Assembly: GCF_001735745.1 (NCBI RefSeq)
Contig: NZ_CP017260.1
Coordinates: forward strand, 180,001 to 212,000
DNA length: 32,000 bases
Source of the DNA: Formosa sp. Hel1_33_131
Lineage (GTDB): Bacteria; Bacteroidota; Bacteroidia; Flavobacteriales; Flavobacteriaceae
Direction: 5' to 3'
The notes under the pieces were generated by a model. The model searched no databases. It was given only the letters and a program-made list of their open reading frames with translations, and was not told the DNA's origin. Shown here piece by piece: positions 18,068 through 27,058 of this stretch (positions within the stretch are counted from its first letter, which is position 1; every line of letters starts with the position of its first letter). A program made the translations under genes and the position numbers.

Positions 18068-19070
18068 CGATCATACAAATCCGTTTTTACTGACCCTGAA
18101 AGGGGTCATTATGGGAGCTGCCAACAAAGTGCCCGGTGTATCTGGTGGGATTGTAGCATTTGTAATGGGCTTCTATGAAGAGTTTATTTATTCCTTGCAG
18201 AAATTCAATATCAAAGCAGGGAAATTACTTTTTAGTGGTCGGTTTAAAAGTTTTTACAATTATGTAAACGGGCGATTTTTAGCCTTACTATTTTCAGGGA
18301 TGATCATTAGTTATTTTAGTGTTTCTAAACTGTTGGACTACTTCATTGAACGCCACGAACTCTATGTGTGGAGTGTGTTTTTTGGAATGATCGTCGGGTC
18401 GATTTATTATATTTATAAAGATTTTAAATCTTGGAATACCAAAACAATTGTGATGGCTTTCCTGGGAATCATTGCAGGATTAAGCATTAGTTTTTTAAAT
18501 CCTGCAACGCAAAATGACAACCTTTGGTTTGTGTTTTTATGTGGAATGATTAGCGTGACAGGTATGGCATTACCAGGGTTTTCAGGGTCCTTTATCTTGA
18601 TTTTATTAGGGAATTACGTCTTGTTATTAGTGGACTCTGTTAACGTTCTTTTTGATACGTTTGTGTTTATAGTTTCTGGAGATTTTAGCTTTATGTCAGA
18701 CCCTCAACACCTGAGACTCTTGAAGGTTCTATTGGTTTTTACGCTTGGTTCGGTAGTAGGTTTGGTCAGTCTTTCGCATCTATTGAGCTACATTTTGAAA
18801 CATTATAAATTTAAAACATTAGCCCTTATTATGGGATTTATCACGGGATCGCTTGGCGTTGTGTGGCCCTGGAAAGAAGCACTCTATAAACAAGATGCCT
18901 TAGGGAATTTCACAACAGATACAAATGGCGAACAAATCATTGAAAATTATCAACGGTATTTGCCTGAAATGAACACACAAACCATTTATGCCCTCTTATT
19001 TATAATTTTTGGAGCAGCCATTGTTCTGGGATTGGAATGGTATGGAAACAAACGCAAACAGCATATATGA
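18054..19070 (+). CDS. DUF368-family polytopic membrane protein, paralog 2
   Basis: 338 aa with GAANKVPGVSGGIVAF and LPGFSGSFILILLG. The TTG start at 18054 overlaps paralog 1 by 14 nt. It is supported because PFLLTLKGVIMGAAN aligns with DYLIISLKGMAMGAAD of paralog 1, upstream of the first ATG (18111). Confidence 0.8.
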   Translation: MRQPNDHTNPFLLTLKGVIMGAANKVPGVSGGIVAFVMGFYEEFIYSLQKFNIKAGKLLFSGRFKSFYNYVNGRFLALLFSGMIISYFSVSKLLDYFIERHELYVWSVFFGMIVGSIYYIYKDFKSWNTKTIVMAFLGIIAGLSISFLNPATQNDNLWFVFLCGMISVTGMALPGFSGSFILILLGNYVLLLVDSVNVLFDTFVFIVSGDFSFMSDPQHLRLLKVLLVFTLGSVVGLVSLSHLLSYILKHYKFKTLALIMGFITGSLGVVWPWKEALYKQDALGNFTTDTNGEQIIENYQRYLPEMNTQTIYALLFIIFGAAIVLGLEWYGNKRKQHI

Positions 19071-19122
19071 AACGAGCATGCTAAAAATATTATCACCCAA
19101 GGGAATGATTAATAGCGAACAG

Positions 19123-19140
19123 TCCCGATAGTTATCGGGA
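19123..19140. repeat. Perfect palindrome/hairpin TCCCGATA-GT-TATCGGGA in the DUF368-aroE spacer
   Basis: TCCCGAT (19123-19129) pairs with ATCGGGA (19134-19140), loop AGTT. No adjacent T-run, so it is not a canonical terminator. Confidence 0.6.
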
Positions 19141-19170
19141 TGTCCTTAAAAAAACAATAAATATAAACAC

Positions 19171-19902
19171 ATGAAAAATTTTGGATTGCTTGGTAAAAAT
19201 ATTGACTACTCTTTTTCAAGAGGATATTTTAAAGATAAATTTGAAACCAACAAATTAGACTGCACTTATAACAACTTTGACTTAGAGGCAATCGAAGATT
19301 TTGAATCCTTAAAAACTACTGAAACACAGCTTTCAGGGCTTAATGTTACGATTCCTTACAAACAAGTGGTACTTCCCTATTTAGACGCCATTGATTCAGA
19401 AGCACAAGAAATTGGTGCGGTGAATACCATCAAAATAGAAAACGGAAGATTAACAGGTTATAATACCGATCATTTTGGATTTGAAAACAGTTTAAAACCC
19501 CATCTCAAATCTCATCACAAAAGGGCTTTGATTTTAGGAACTGGAGGTGCCTCAAAAGCGGTCGCTTTTGCTTTGAAAAAACTGGGTATTCATTTTGAGT
19601 ATGTATCAAGAACACCATCGTCAAGTGTTAAATACTCCTATGAATCCTTAGCAATCGAAGGAATTGAGAACTACCAAATTATCATCAACTGCACCCCTTT
19701 AGGAACATTTCCTGATGTACATAAATGCCCAACTATCCCTTATGAACACATCACTTCAAACCATTTACTGTTTGATTTGATTTATAATCCTGAGGAAACT
19801 TTATTTCTAAAACACGGAAATACAAAGAATGCTACGACTCTCAACGGACTCGAAATGCTGCGTTTGCAAGCAGAGAAATCGTGGGAGATATGGAATTCAT
19901 AA
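19171..19902 (+). CDS. aroE: Shikimate dehydrogenase
   Basis: 243 aa with NVTIPYKQ, GAVNTI, YNTD and the Rossmann motif LGTGGASKAV. Confidence 0.9.
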   Translation: MKNFGLLGKNIDYSFSRGYFKDKFETNKLDCTYNNFDLEAIEDFESLKTTETQLSGLNVTIPYKQVVLPYLDAIDSEAQEIGAVNTIKIENGRLTGYNTDHFGFENSLKPHLKSHHKRALILGTGGASKAVAFALKKLGIHFEYVSRTPSSSVKYSYESLAIEGIENYQIIINCTPLGTFPDVHKCPTIPYEHITSNHLLFDLIYNPEETLFLKHGNTKNATTLNGLEMLRLQAEKSWEIWNS

Positions 19903-19962
19903 TTAAAAAAGTAATTTAAAAGAATTATATAATTTGTGGTTTAGAGGGATAATGTTATATTT

Positions 19963-22134
19963 ATGACTTCAAGTCATTTAAACACTAAAACATTGAAAGA
20001 TATGTCAGAGCACGATAACCTGCAAGATGCAGATGGAGATAACCTAAACGCCACTCCCCAAGAACACAGTTCAACAGAGAACCCTACAACTTCTGAGGAC
20101 ACTCCTACAGAAGAAGTCACAAGTTCCGAAGCACCTACGGAGGAATCCACAGAAACACCTGAAAAGGCAGTGGAACCCACAAGTTCATTAGAGAAAGATA
20201 CTTCTGATGTAACGCCTAAGGAAGAAGATACAACTTCTGAAGCTTCTACTAAGGATGCAGAAGAAGAAACACATGAAGAAGTGGTAGAACCCACAAGTTC
20301 AGTAGAAAAAAATACTTCTGAAGAAGCGCCTAAGCAAGAAGATGGTGATGGTAAAACTGCCGAAGTTTCTACTGAGGAGACAGAAGAAACACATGAAGAT
20401 GTAGTTGAAGAAAAAAAATCTGCAGTTGATTATGAAACACTTTCGTTAGAAGATTTAATAGCAGAATTTGAAACGCTGTTGAAATCAGAGAGTATTCACA
20501 GTGTTCGCAATAACATAAACGAAGTCAAAAATAATTTTAATGCTAAGTTCGCCGTTTTAATTTCAGAAAAGAAAGAAGCCTTTTTGGCAGAAGGTGGGAA
20601 TGCGATTGATTTCGAATTCATCAGCCCTTTAAAAAAGCAATTCAACGAATTGTCGAAAACATTTAGAGAAAAACACCAGTCCTTTCAAAAAAACAGAACG
20701 CAACAGCTCAACCAAAACCTTGAAATTCGCTTACAAATTATTGAAGAAATTAAAGGTTTAATCAATGTTGAAGGCGATATAAACTCGGCCTACAAAACCT
20801 TTAAAAATTTACAAGAGCGTTGGAGAAATACCGGACAGATTCCTTCAAGTGAAAACAATAATACATGGAACAATTACCGTCACCATGTAGAGATTTTTTA
20901 TGGATTTTTACACCTCAATAGAGATCTTAGAGATTTAGATTTTAAGCATAATTTAGAACAAAAGCAGAAAATCATCATAAGTACTGAGGAATTGGCAAAT
21001 GAAACCGATTTAAACAGAGCGTTTAGAGAGCTTCAGGCACTTCACAAAATTTGGAAAGAAGAGTTAGGTCCTGTTGCCAAAGAATATAAAGATGAGCTTT
21101 GGGACCGATTTAGTGCTGCGACAAAAGTAATTAATGACAAGCGTCAGGATTATTACAATCAACTGGAAGAAAAATTTGAAGAAAATCTTAAAATTAAAAA
21201 TGAGATCATTGTTCAAATTAATGCGATCTCTGAAAAAACCATCAATTCTCACAAGGATTGGCAGGCAAATATCAAAAAAATTGAAGTACTTAGAGAAGCC
21301 TTTTTCAAGACAGGAAAAGTCCCTTCTAAGGTCAATGAGAAAACGTGGTCTGGATTTAAGGATGCCGTGAGAACCTTTAATAAGAATAAAAATAATTACT
21401 ATAAAACCTTAAAGAAAGTCCAGTCCGAAAACTACAAGAAAAAATTAGAATTGGTCGATATTGCTGAGCAAAACAAAGATAGTGAAGACCTAGAAACGAC
21501 CTTGGTTTTGATGAAAAATATTCAAAACACATGGAAAACGATCGGACACATTCCACGCAAAGACAGTGATAAGTTATGGAAACGATTTAGAGGCGCATGT
21601 AACGCCTTTTTTGACCGTTACCACGAACAAAAAAATAATGGCTCTGAAGAAGAAGTTACTGCCTTTGAGCAAAAAAATAGCCTGTTAGAATCGCTTAAAG
21701 CATTTGAATTAAGTGAAGATAAAGACAAAAACTTAGAAGCCTTAAATGACTTTTCTAGTCAATGGAAAAAACTTGGGCATGTGGTTCAAAGCAAACGTTT
21801 TATTGATGGGAAATTCTTTAAAACATTGGACGGTTTATATTCTAAATTAGGTTTGGACAAAGAAGCGATGGACGACCTAAAATACACGCTTAAATTAGAG
21901 ACTTTATCGCAAGATCAGAAATTGTTTAATAACGAGGTCATTTTCATTAGAAAAAAGATGGATGAGATCAAAAGTGAAATCAATCAGTTGGAAAACAACC
22001 TTCAATTTTTCTCTAATGTAAAAGATGACAATCCACTTGTTAAAGAGGTTCACAAAAACATTGACAAGCATAAAGCTGCTTTACAAACTTGGAACGTAAA
22101 ATATTCTAAAATCAAAAAAATGATACAGCAGTAG
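19963..22134 (+). CDS. DUF349 domain-containing protein with acidic Thr/Ser/Glu-rich repetitive N-terminus
   Basis: 723 aa. Repeated helical DUF349-type units carry a conserved Trp (NNTWNNYRHHVEIFY, DELWDRFSAATKVINDKR, EKTWSGFKDAVRTFNKNK, DKLWKRFRGACNAFFDRY). The start could instead be ATG 20002. Confidence 0.8.
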   Translation: MTSSHLNTKTLKDMSEHDNLQDADGDNLNATPQEHSSTENPTTSEDTPTEEVTSSEAPTEESTETPEKAVEPTSSLEKDTSDVTPKEEDTTSEASTKDAEEETHEEVVEPTSSVEKNTSEEAPKQEDGDGKTAEVSTEETEETHEDVVEEKKSAVDYETLSLEDLIAEFETLLKSESIHSVRNNINEVKNNFNAKFAVLISEKKEAFLAEGGNAIDFEFISPLKKQFNELSKTFREKHQSFQKNRTQQLNQNLEIRLQIIEEIKGLINVEGDINSAYKTFKNLQERWRNTGQIPSSENNNTWNNYRHHVEIFYGFLHLNRDLRDLDFKHNLEQKQKIIISTEELANETDLNRAFRELQALHKIWKEELGPVAKEYKDELWDRFSAATKVINDKRQDYYNQLEEKFEENLKIKNEIIVQINAISEKTINSHKDWQANIKKIEVLREAFFKTGKVPSKVNEKTWSGFKDAVRTFNKNKNNYYKTLKKVQSENYKKKLELVDIAEQNKDSEDLETTLVLMKNIQNTWKTIGHIPRKDSDKLWKRFRGACNAFFDRYHEQKNNGSEEEVTAFEQKNSLLESLKAFELSEDKDKNLEALNDFSSQWKKLGHVVQSKRFIDGKFFKTLDGLYSKLGLDKEAMDDLKYTLKLETLSQDQKLFNNEVIFIRKKMDEIKSEINQLENNLQFFSNVKDDNPLVKEVHKNIDKHKAALQTWNVKYSKIKKMIQQ
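20170..20400 (+). repeat. In-frame tandem duplication (about 114-nt period, two units) in the acidic N-terminus of the DUF349 protein
   Basis: Unit 1 (20170-20280) reads VEPTSSLEKDTSDVTPKEEDTTSEASTKDAEEETHEE. Unit 2 (20284-20400) reads VEPTSSVEKNTSEEAPKQEDGDGKTAEVSTEETEETHED. At DNA level, gtggaacccacaagttcattagagaaagatacttctga matches gtagaacccacaagttcagtagaaaaaaatacttctga. Confidence 0.8.
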
Positions 22135-22138
22135 CCAA

Positions 22139-22912
22139 CTACAATTTTTTGGCTTCTTCCCAATACACATCCATCTCTGCAAGCGTCATATCCGAAAGTG
22201 ATTTTTGCAGAGATTTGGCTTTAGTTTCTAAATACTGAAAGCGTTTGATGAATTTCTTATTGGTGCGCTCTAGCGCATTTTCTGGGTTGATATCGAGAAA
22301 GCGTGCATAATTGATCAATGAAAATAAAACATCTCCAAATTCATCTTCAATAGCATCTTGGTTTTTATTATCAATTTCAGTTTTCAACTCCCCAAGCTCC
22401 TCCTCTACTTTTTCCCACACCTGATCAGGATGTTCCCAATCAAATCCAACTCCGGCCACTTTTTCTTGGATACGACTGGCTTTGACCAAAGCGGGCAAGC
22501 TTTTTGGAACCCCTTGAAGCACACTCGTTTTGCCTTCTTTTAGCTTTAAGTTTTCCCAGTTTTGCTTGACTTCAGCTTCATCCTTGACTACCACATCACT
22601 GTAAATATGGGGATGCCGGTGAATTAGTTTTTCGCAGATGCTATTAATGACATCCGAAATATCAAAATCTTTTGTTTCACTTCCAATTTTAGCATAGAAT
22701 ACTATGTGGAGTAAAAGATCGCCAAGTTCGTTTTTAACTTCTGTTAAATCCTTGTCCAATATCGCATCGCCTAATTCATAGGTTTCTTCGATAGTGAGAT
22801 GTCGAAGAGTTTCCATGGTTTGTTTTTGATCCCAAGGACATCGTTCACGAAGTTCGTCCATGATGGTTAACAAACGGTCAAATGCTTGTAATTGGTCAGC
22901 TCTATTGGTCAT
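22139..22912 (-). CDS. mazG: Nucleoside triphosphate pyrophosphohydrolase MazG
   Basis: 257 aa, tandem MazG domains with EETYELGDAI/ELGDLLLHIVF and EELGELKTE/DEFGDVLFSLINYARF. Confidence 0.9.
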   Translation of the reverse strand: MTNRADQLQAFDRLLTIMDELRERCPWDQKQTMETLRHLTIEETYELGDAILDKDLTEVKNELGDLLLHIVFYAKIGSETKDFDISDVINSICEKLIHRHPHIYSDVVVKDEAEVKQNWENLKLKEGKTSVLQGVPKSLPALVKASRIQEKVAGVGFDWEHPDQVWEKVEEELGELKTEIDNKNQDAIEDEFGDVLFSLINYARFLDINPENALERTNKKFIKRFQYLETKAKSLQKSLSDMTLAEMDVYWEEAKKL

Positions 22913-23867
22913 TATTTATGTTTAAATTGATCGTTGATATACGTGTTTGACACGCCTTAAACTCAGTTAAAATGGAATCTACAATATCGGAAACGGACGA
23001 AATTTCATCAATCAGACCCGATATTTGTCCAATTTCTAATTCCCCTTCTTCTAAATCCCCTTCAAACATTCCCCGTTTGGCACGGGCGCGTCCTAAAATA
23101 TTTTTTAAATCTTCGGGGGATGGGGACGTTTTATATACCGCTTGTAAATCTTGATAAAATTTATTTTTCAAAAGACGCACTGGCGCTAATTCTTTCAGGG
23201 TTAATTGGGTATCCCCTTCTTTGGCTAAAAGCACAGCGTTTTTAAAAGCCTCGTGAGCAGAGGATTCTTTACTGGCTACAAAGCGACTTCCAATTTGGAC
23301 ACCATCGGCACCGAGCGCCATCGCTGCCATCATCCCATTGCCGGTCGCAATCCCCCCCGCCGCTAGTAACGGAATTGTGACTTGCGCGCGCACCATCGGG
23401 ATCAGCGTTAATGTGGTCGTTTCATCACGTCCATTATGACCACCTGCTTCAAAACCTTCAGCGACAATGGCATCCACACCCGCTTCTTGTGCTTTTAAGG
23501 CAAACTTTACACTGCTCACTACATGCACCACAATAATACCACGTTGCTTCAGCCAAGAAGTCCAAGTCTTTGGATTTCCTGCAGATGTAAAAACAATTTT
23601 TACGCCTTCTTCCACTATAATTTGCATCAATTCCTCAATGTTGGGATAGAGCATCGGAACGTTCACTCCAAAGGGTTTTGTGGTGGCTTTTTTACATTTT
23701 TGAATATGAGTTCTCAGCACGTCGGGATACATGGATCCTGCACCAATGAGACCCAAAATTCCAGCGTTGCTTGCCGCAGAAGCTAATTTCCACCCACTGT
23801 TCCAAACCATACCCGCTTGAACAATAGGGTATTGAATTCCGAAAAGTTGGGTGATCTTATTTTGCAT
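22902..23867 (-). CDS. NAD(P)H-dependent flavin oxidoreductase, nitronate monooxygenase (2-nitropropane dioxygenase)/FabK-like family
   Basis: 321 aa with IQYPIVQAGM, AEGFEAGGH, AAGGIATG and GADGVQIGSRF. Overlaps the mazG start by 11 nt. Confidence 0.85.
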   Translation of the reverse strand: MQNKITQLFGIQYPIVQAGMVWNSGWKLASAASNAGILGLIGAGSMYPDVLRTHIQKCKKATTKPFGVNVPMLYPNIEELMQIIVEEGVKIVFTSAGNPKTWTSWLKQRGIIVVHVVSSVKFALKAQEAGVDAIVAEGFEAGGHNGRDETTTLTLIPMVRAQVTIPLLAAGGIATGNGMMAAMALGADGVQIGSRFVASKESSAHEAFKNAVLLAKEGDTQLTLKELAPVRLLKNKFYQDLQAVYKTSPSPEDLKNILGRARAKRGMFEGDLEEGELEIGQISGLIDEISSVSDIVDSILTEFKACQTRISTINLNINNDQ

Positions 23868-25475
23868 CTATTCTTTTATGAGCTTAAACGTGATCGATTG
23901 TTGATTTTCTGTGTGAATTGTTAATAGATAAAGGCCCTTTGAAAATGCTTCAGTATTGATCGGGTTCATACTTTTGACTTGATTTTCATACACCAATTGC
24001 CCTAAAACATTATGAATCGACACAGAGATCGTCTCTATTGAGTCAGAAAATTTTATAAATAAATCTGATTGGACGGGGTTGGGAAAGACTTCAAATTCCA
24101 ATTGTTTAGCGGACTGATGTCTCAATCCTAAGGTCAAAGCAGATTGAAAGTCCGGAATTCCATAGCCAAGAAAATAATCGGGATTCGAATATTGAGAGGC
24201 TGACTCTCGAACATACGCCATGATTTCTGCATTTGTAGCATCTGGTAACGCCTGAACTAAGGAAGCAATAGCCCCCGCTAAAATAGGCGAACTAAAAGAG
24301 GTGCCATTAGATTGCGAAATTTGATTGCTACTATTGATGACAAAACTACCCGATCCACGTGCTGCTACATCTGGTTTGTGCGTAAGCTGAATGGCACTTC
24401 CTTGAGAACTAAACGATGCATAGTTTCCATTTCCATCTACGGCGGCAATCGTTAAAACGCCTGCAGCATCCGCAGGGGTTGCAATTCCAGAAGCTCCAGA
24501 ATTGCCAGCCGAATTTATTAAAATCAAGCCTTTTTCAAAAGCGATATTCGCCCCTTTGGAGCTATAAGTCGTCGTACCATTTAGCTGTGCTGTTGTATAA
24601 CTATAATTTGGGTTGTCATAACCTTTATACCCCAAAGATGTATTTATAACCTGTACGCCTAAACTATCGGCTCGCTCAACCGCTTCCACCCAATAACTTT
24701 CCTCCACTGGATTTTCAGTAGGTGCATCTTCAGTTCTAAAAAGATAATAGGTCGCATCAGGTGCCGTGCCTACATATTGATCCTGTACAAATCCCGCCAT
24801 CGTACTCAATACCTGTGTGCCGTGTTGACTGGAGGTTGACGTATAAACAGCAGCTGTTCTGTCAACAAAATCATAACCACCCATCAAATTTCCTGCAGCA
24901 CGTAAACGTTCAAAACCCGACATTGTATTTACATTCGGAAAGCCCGCATCAATGACCGCAACGACCACACCATCTCCTGTATAGTTCGCTATGTGTAAGT
25001 CATCTACATTCAGCATTTCCACTTGGTTTTGAGTGGTGCCGTAGGTGAAATTAGTAAGGCTGGATTCTACTTGAAATTTATCTTGAACCGATTCGATGCG
25101 CGCATTTAAATTAGAATCCGCAAAAACGATGTGATCTACAAAACTGTGAGTGGTCTTTAAACTATTGATATCTGCTTCCAACCCTCTTACATGAACGGCG
25201 TTGAACCATTTTGACTTGGCTTTATAGCTAATTCCTGTGGAGGACTTGATGAGGGTAATATATGGTTCATGAACAGGCACATCTCTTTCGTCAATAGCCA
25301 CCGAATGATTTGCTTTTCGATCAATTGCTGCCTGCGTTAAAATGCTAATTGGATTTGAAAGCGAGGTGGTTGCGTTTGGTTTATCTGTAAAATAAACCCA
25401 GGCGTCTTGCTGTGCAAATACTGTCAATTGACAGACTAAAAAGGTAACTAAAAAAAGCTGCGTTTTTAAAACCAT
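23868..25475 (-). CDS. Secreted S8 (subtilisin-family) serine peptidase with T9SS C-terminal sorting domain
   Basis: 535 aa with signal peptide MVLKTQLFLVTFLVCQLTVFAQ. Catalytic triad contexts VAVIDAGF (Asp), SSQHGTQVLS (His) and SNGTSFSSPILAG (Ser). The last ~75 aa (FEVFPNPVQSDLFIKF...GLYLLTIHTENQQSITFKLIKE) match the Por/T9SS CTD pattern. Confidence 0.9.
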   Translation of the reverse strand: MVLKTQLFLVTFLVCQLTVFAQQDAWVYFTDKPNATTSLSNPISILTQAAIDRKANHSVAIDERDVPVHEPYITLIKSSTGISYKAKSKWFNAVHVRGLEADINSLKTTHSFVDHIVFADSNLNARIESVQDKFQVESSLTNFTYGTTQNQVEMLNVDDLHIANYTGDGVVVAVIDAGFPNVNTMSGFERLRAAGNLMGGYDFVDRTAAVYTSTSSQHGTQVLSTMAGFVQDQYVGTAPDATYYLFRTEDAPTENPVEESYWVEAVERADSLGVQVINTSLGYKGYDNPNYSYTTAQLNGTTTYSSKGANIAFEKGLILINSAGNSGASGIATPADAAGVLTIAAVDGNGNYASFSSQGSAIQLTHKPDVAARGSGSFVINSSNQISQSNGTSFSSPILAGAIASLVQALPDATNAEIMAYVRESASQYSNPDYFLGYGIPDFQSALTLGLRHQSAKQLEFEVFPNPVQSDLFIKFSDSIETISVSIHNVLGQLVYENQVKSMNPINTEAFSKGLYLLTIHTENQQSITFKLIKE

Positions 25476-25495
25476 GAAATTGTGTTTTTAGCAAT

Positions 25496-26686
25496 TTAAG
25501 AAATTACACCCGAACCAACTAATTCATCTTCTAAATACCAAGCGACAAACTGCCCTTCAGTAATAGCGGATTGAGGGGATTCAAAAGCAACATAAAGCCC
25601 TTCTGTTGTCGCATATAAGGATGCAGACTCTAAATTTTGACGGTATCGAATTCGTGCCATGACTTGAAGTGATTGACCAATTTCGATTGCTAAATCGGTG
25701 CGTACCCAATGCACTTCGGAGGGTTGAACCAACAATACCGATCGGTACAGTCCAGGGTGGTTTTTTCCTTGTCCTGTGTATATGATATTATCCACAACAT
25801 CAGTATCTATGACAAAAAGAGGTTCTACGGTCCCGCCAACAGCCAAGCCTTTTCGCTGTCCTTTTGTGAAATAATGAGCCCCTTGATGGGTTCCAACAGC
25901 CACACCGTCGGAAGTGGAATATTTAATTTTTCGAGCTCTAAAAACCAACTCCTCTTGTTTGGATTCAAACGTGGGTTGTGTGGTTTTATAATCTTCAAAA
26001 CTATCGGGGATTTCGATGATCTGACCTTCTTTTGGTTGTAATTGTTGTTGTAAAAAATCCGGCAAACGAACTTTACCTATAAAACACAAGCCTTGAGAAT
26101 CTTTTTTATCAGCGGTTACTAAATCTAATTTTGTAGCGATCGCTCGCACTTCAGGTTTGGTTAATTCTCCAATAGGAAATAAGGTTTTTGACAATTGTGC
26201 TTGCGACAATTGACATAAAAAATAGGATTGGTCTTTATTAGAATCTGCTCCAGAAAGGAGTTTGTAAATTGCAGGACTTGAGGAACCTTCAACGGTTCCT
26301 TTTCGGCAATAGTGACCCGTCGCCACATAATCGGCACCGAGTGATAAGGCTATTTTCAGAAAGACATCAAATTTAATTTCGCGGTTGCAAAGAATATCTG
26401 GATTAGGTGTGCGCCCATTTTTATACTCCTTAAACATATAATCGACAATCTTGTCTTTGTATTCTTCACTTAAATCAACCGTTTGAAAGGGGATGTTTAA
26501 TTTTTCCGCCACCAACATCGCATCATTGCTGTCATCTAACCAAGGGCAATCGTTAGAAATGGTGACCGAGTCGTCATGCCAATTTTTCATAAACAAGCCA
26601 ATAACATTGTAGCCCTGTTCTTTTAATAGATAGGCAGCAACACTAGAATCTACACCTCCTGAGAGTCCCACAACGACTGTTTTCAT
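25496..26686 (-). CDS. mnmA: tRNA 2-thiouridine(34) synthase
   Basis: 396 aa with PP-loop [30 protein letters not shown] and GLCFIG. Confidence 0.95.
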   Translation of the reverse strand: MKTVVVGLSGGVDSSVAAYLLKEQGYNVIGLFMKNWHDDSVTISNDCPWLDDSNDAMLVAEKLNIPFQTVDLSEEYKDKIVDYMFKEYKNGRTPNPDILCNREIKFDVFLKIALSLGADYVATGHYCRKGTVEGSSSPAIYKLLSGADSNKDQSYFLCQLSQAQLSKTLFPIGELTKPEVRAIATKLDLVTADKKDSQGLCFIGKVRLPDFLQQQLQPKEGQIIEIPDSFEDYKTTQPTFESKQEELVFRARKIKYSTSDGVAVGTHQGAHYFTKGQRKGLAVGGTVEPLFVIDTDVVDNIIYTGQGKNHPGLYRSVLLVQPSEVHWVRTDLAIEIGQSLQVMARIRYRQNLESASLYATTEGLYVAFESPQSAITEGQFVAWYLEDELVGSGVIS

Positions 26687-26718
26687 GAATCTTTTTTTAA
26701 CATGTTCTGATTATGATG

Positions 26719-26726
26719 CAAATTTA
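26719..26726 (-). promoter_or_regulatory. Candidate -7 promoter box (TAAATTTG, within TTGTAAATTTG) for the mnmA operon
   Basis: The minus strand reads ...attagTTGTAAATTTGcatcat... 32 nt upstream of the mnmA ATG. The identical 11-mer TTGTAAATTTG precedes pyrG. Confidence 0.45.
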
Positions 26727-26747
26727 CAACTAATTATAATGTAGAAC

Positions 26748-26800
26748 TTAAGATTTAAAGAGAAAATAGAGAAGAGAAAATAGATGCAAGAACCAAGAGA
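26748..26800. repeat. Purine-rich inverted partial copy of the low-complexity tract found in units A-C (left arm of an imperfect inverted repeat)
   Basis: ttaagatttaaagagaaaatagagaagagaaaatagatgcaagaaccaagaga resembles the reverse complement of 27415-27484 (ttaagatctgaaaaaatagagtcaagagtcaagaactaagagtcaagaataaagaga...). Its reverse complement tctcttggttcttgcatct resembles unit B tctattggttcttgattct. Confidence 0.5.
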
Positions 26801-26813
26801 CCCCAACTTTTTC

Positions 26814-26854
26814 ATGCTGAACCTGCCTATCGGCAGACAGGCTTGTTTCAGCAT
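26814..26854. repeat. Nested palindromic element
   Basis: Outer stem ATGCTGAA (26814-26821) pairs with TTCAGCAT (26847-26854). Inner stem CTGCC (26823-26827) pairs with GGCAG (26832-26836), loop TATC. Confidence 0.7.
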
Positions 26855-26874
26855 CTCCAGATCACAACGTAGAG

Positions 26875-26895
26875 ACCCTGAAACAGGTACAGGGT
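26875..26895. repeat. Hairpin element ACCCTG-n9-CAGGGT followed by GTGACAAA
   Basis: ACCCTG (26875-26880) pairs with CAGGGT (26890-26895). An alternative inner stem is CCTG-aaa-CAGG. The 3' flank GTGACAAA is shared with the ends of units A and B. Confidence 0.6.
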
Positions 26896-26923
26896 GACAA
26901 ATTGAGATGTTGATTTAACACGG

Positions 26924-27058
26924 GAGATTCAAATTGAATTTAGTCTATTCTCTTTGTTCTTGATTCTTCTTTCAGCACTTCACATACAAAACACTTCGAT
27001 CTATCACGCCCCGGAGTGACTGCGCCTACCTTCGGTTGGTAAACTCAGTGTGACAAAA
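26924..27058. repeat. Intergenic repeat unit A (about 135 bp)
   Basis: Contains GAGATTCAAATTGAATTT, a pyrimidine tract (tctattctctttgttcttgattcttc), TTTCAGCACTTC...CGATCTATCACGC, hairpin CCTACC-ttc-GGTTGG (27025-27039), and CTCAGTGTGACAAAA (27044-27058). Confidence 0.7.

Noticed and set aside
22133-22154. Hairpin AGCCAA-n10-TTGGCT spanning the 4-nt gap between the convergent DUF349 and mazG stops, as a possible bidirectional terminator
   Set aside because: The stem is only 6 bp, there is no flanking T-run on either strand, and half of it lies inside the mazG coding sequence. Termination signals for these convergent genes remain unidentified.
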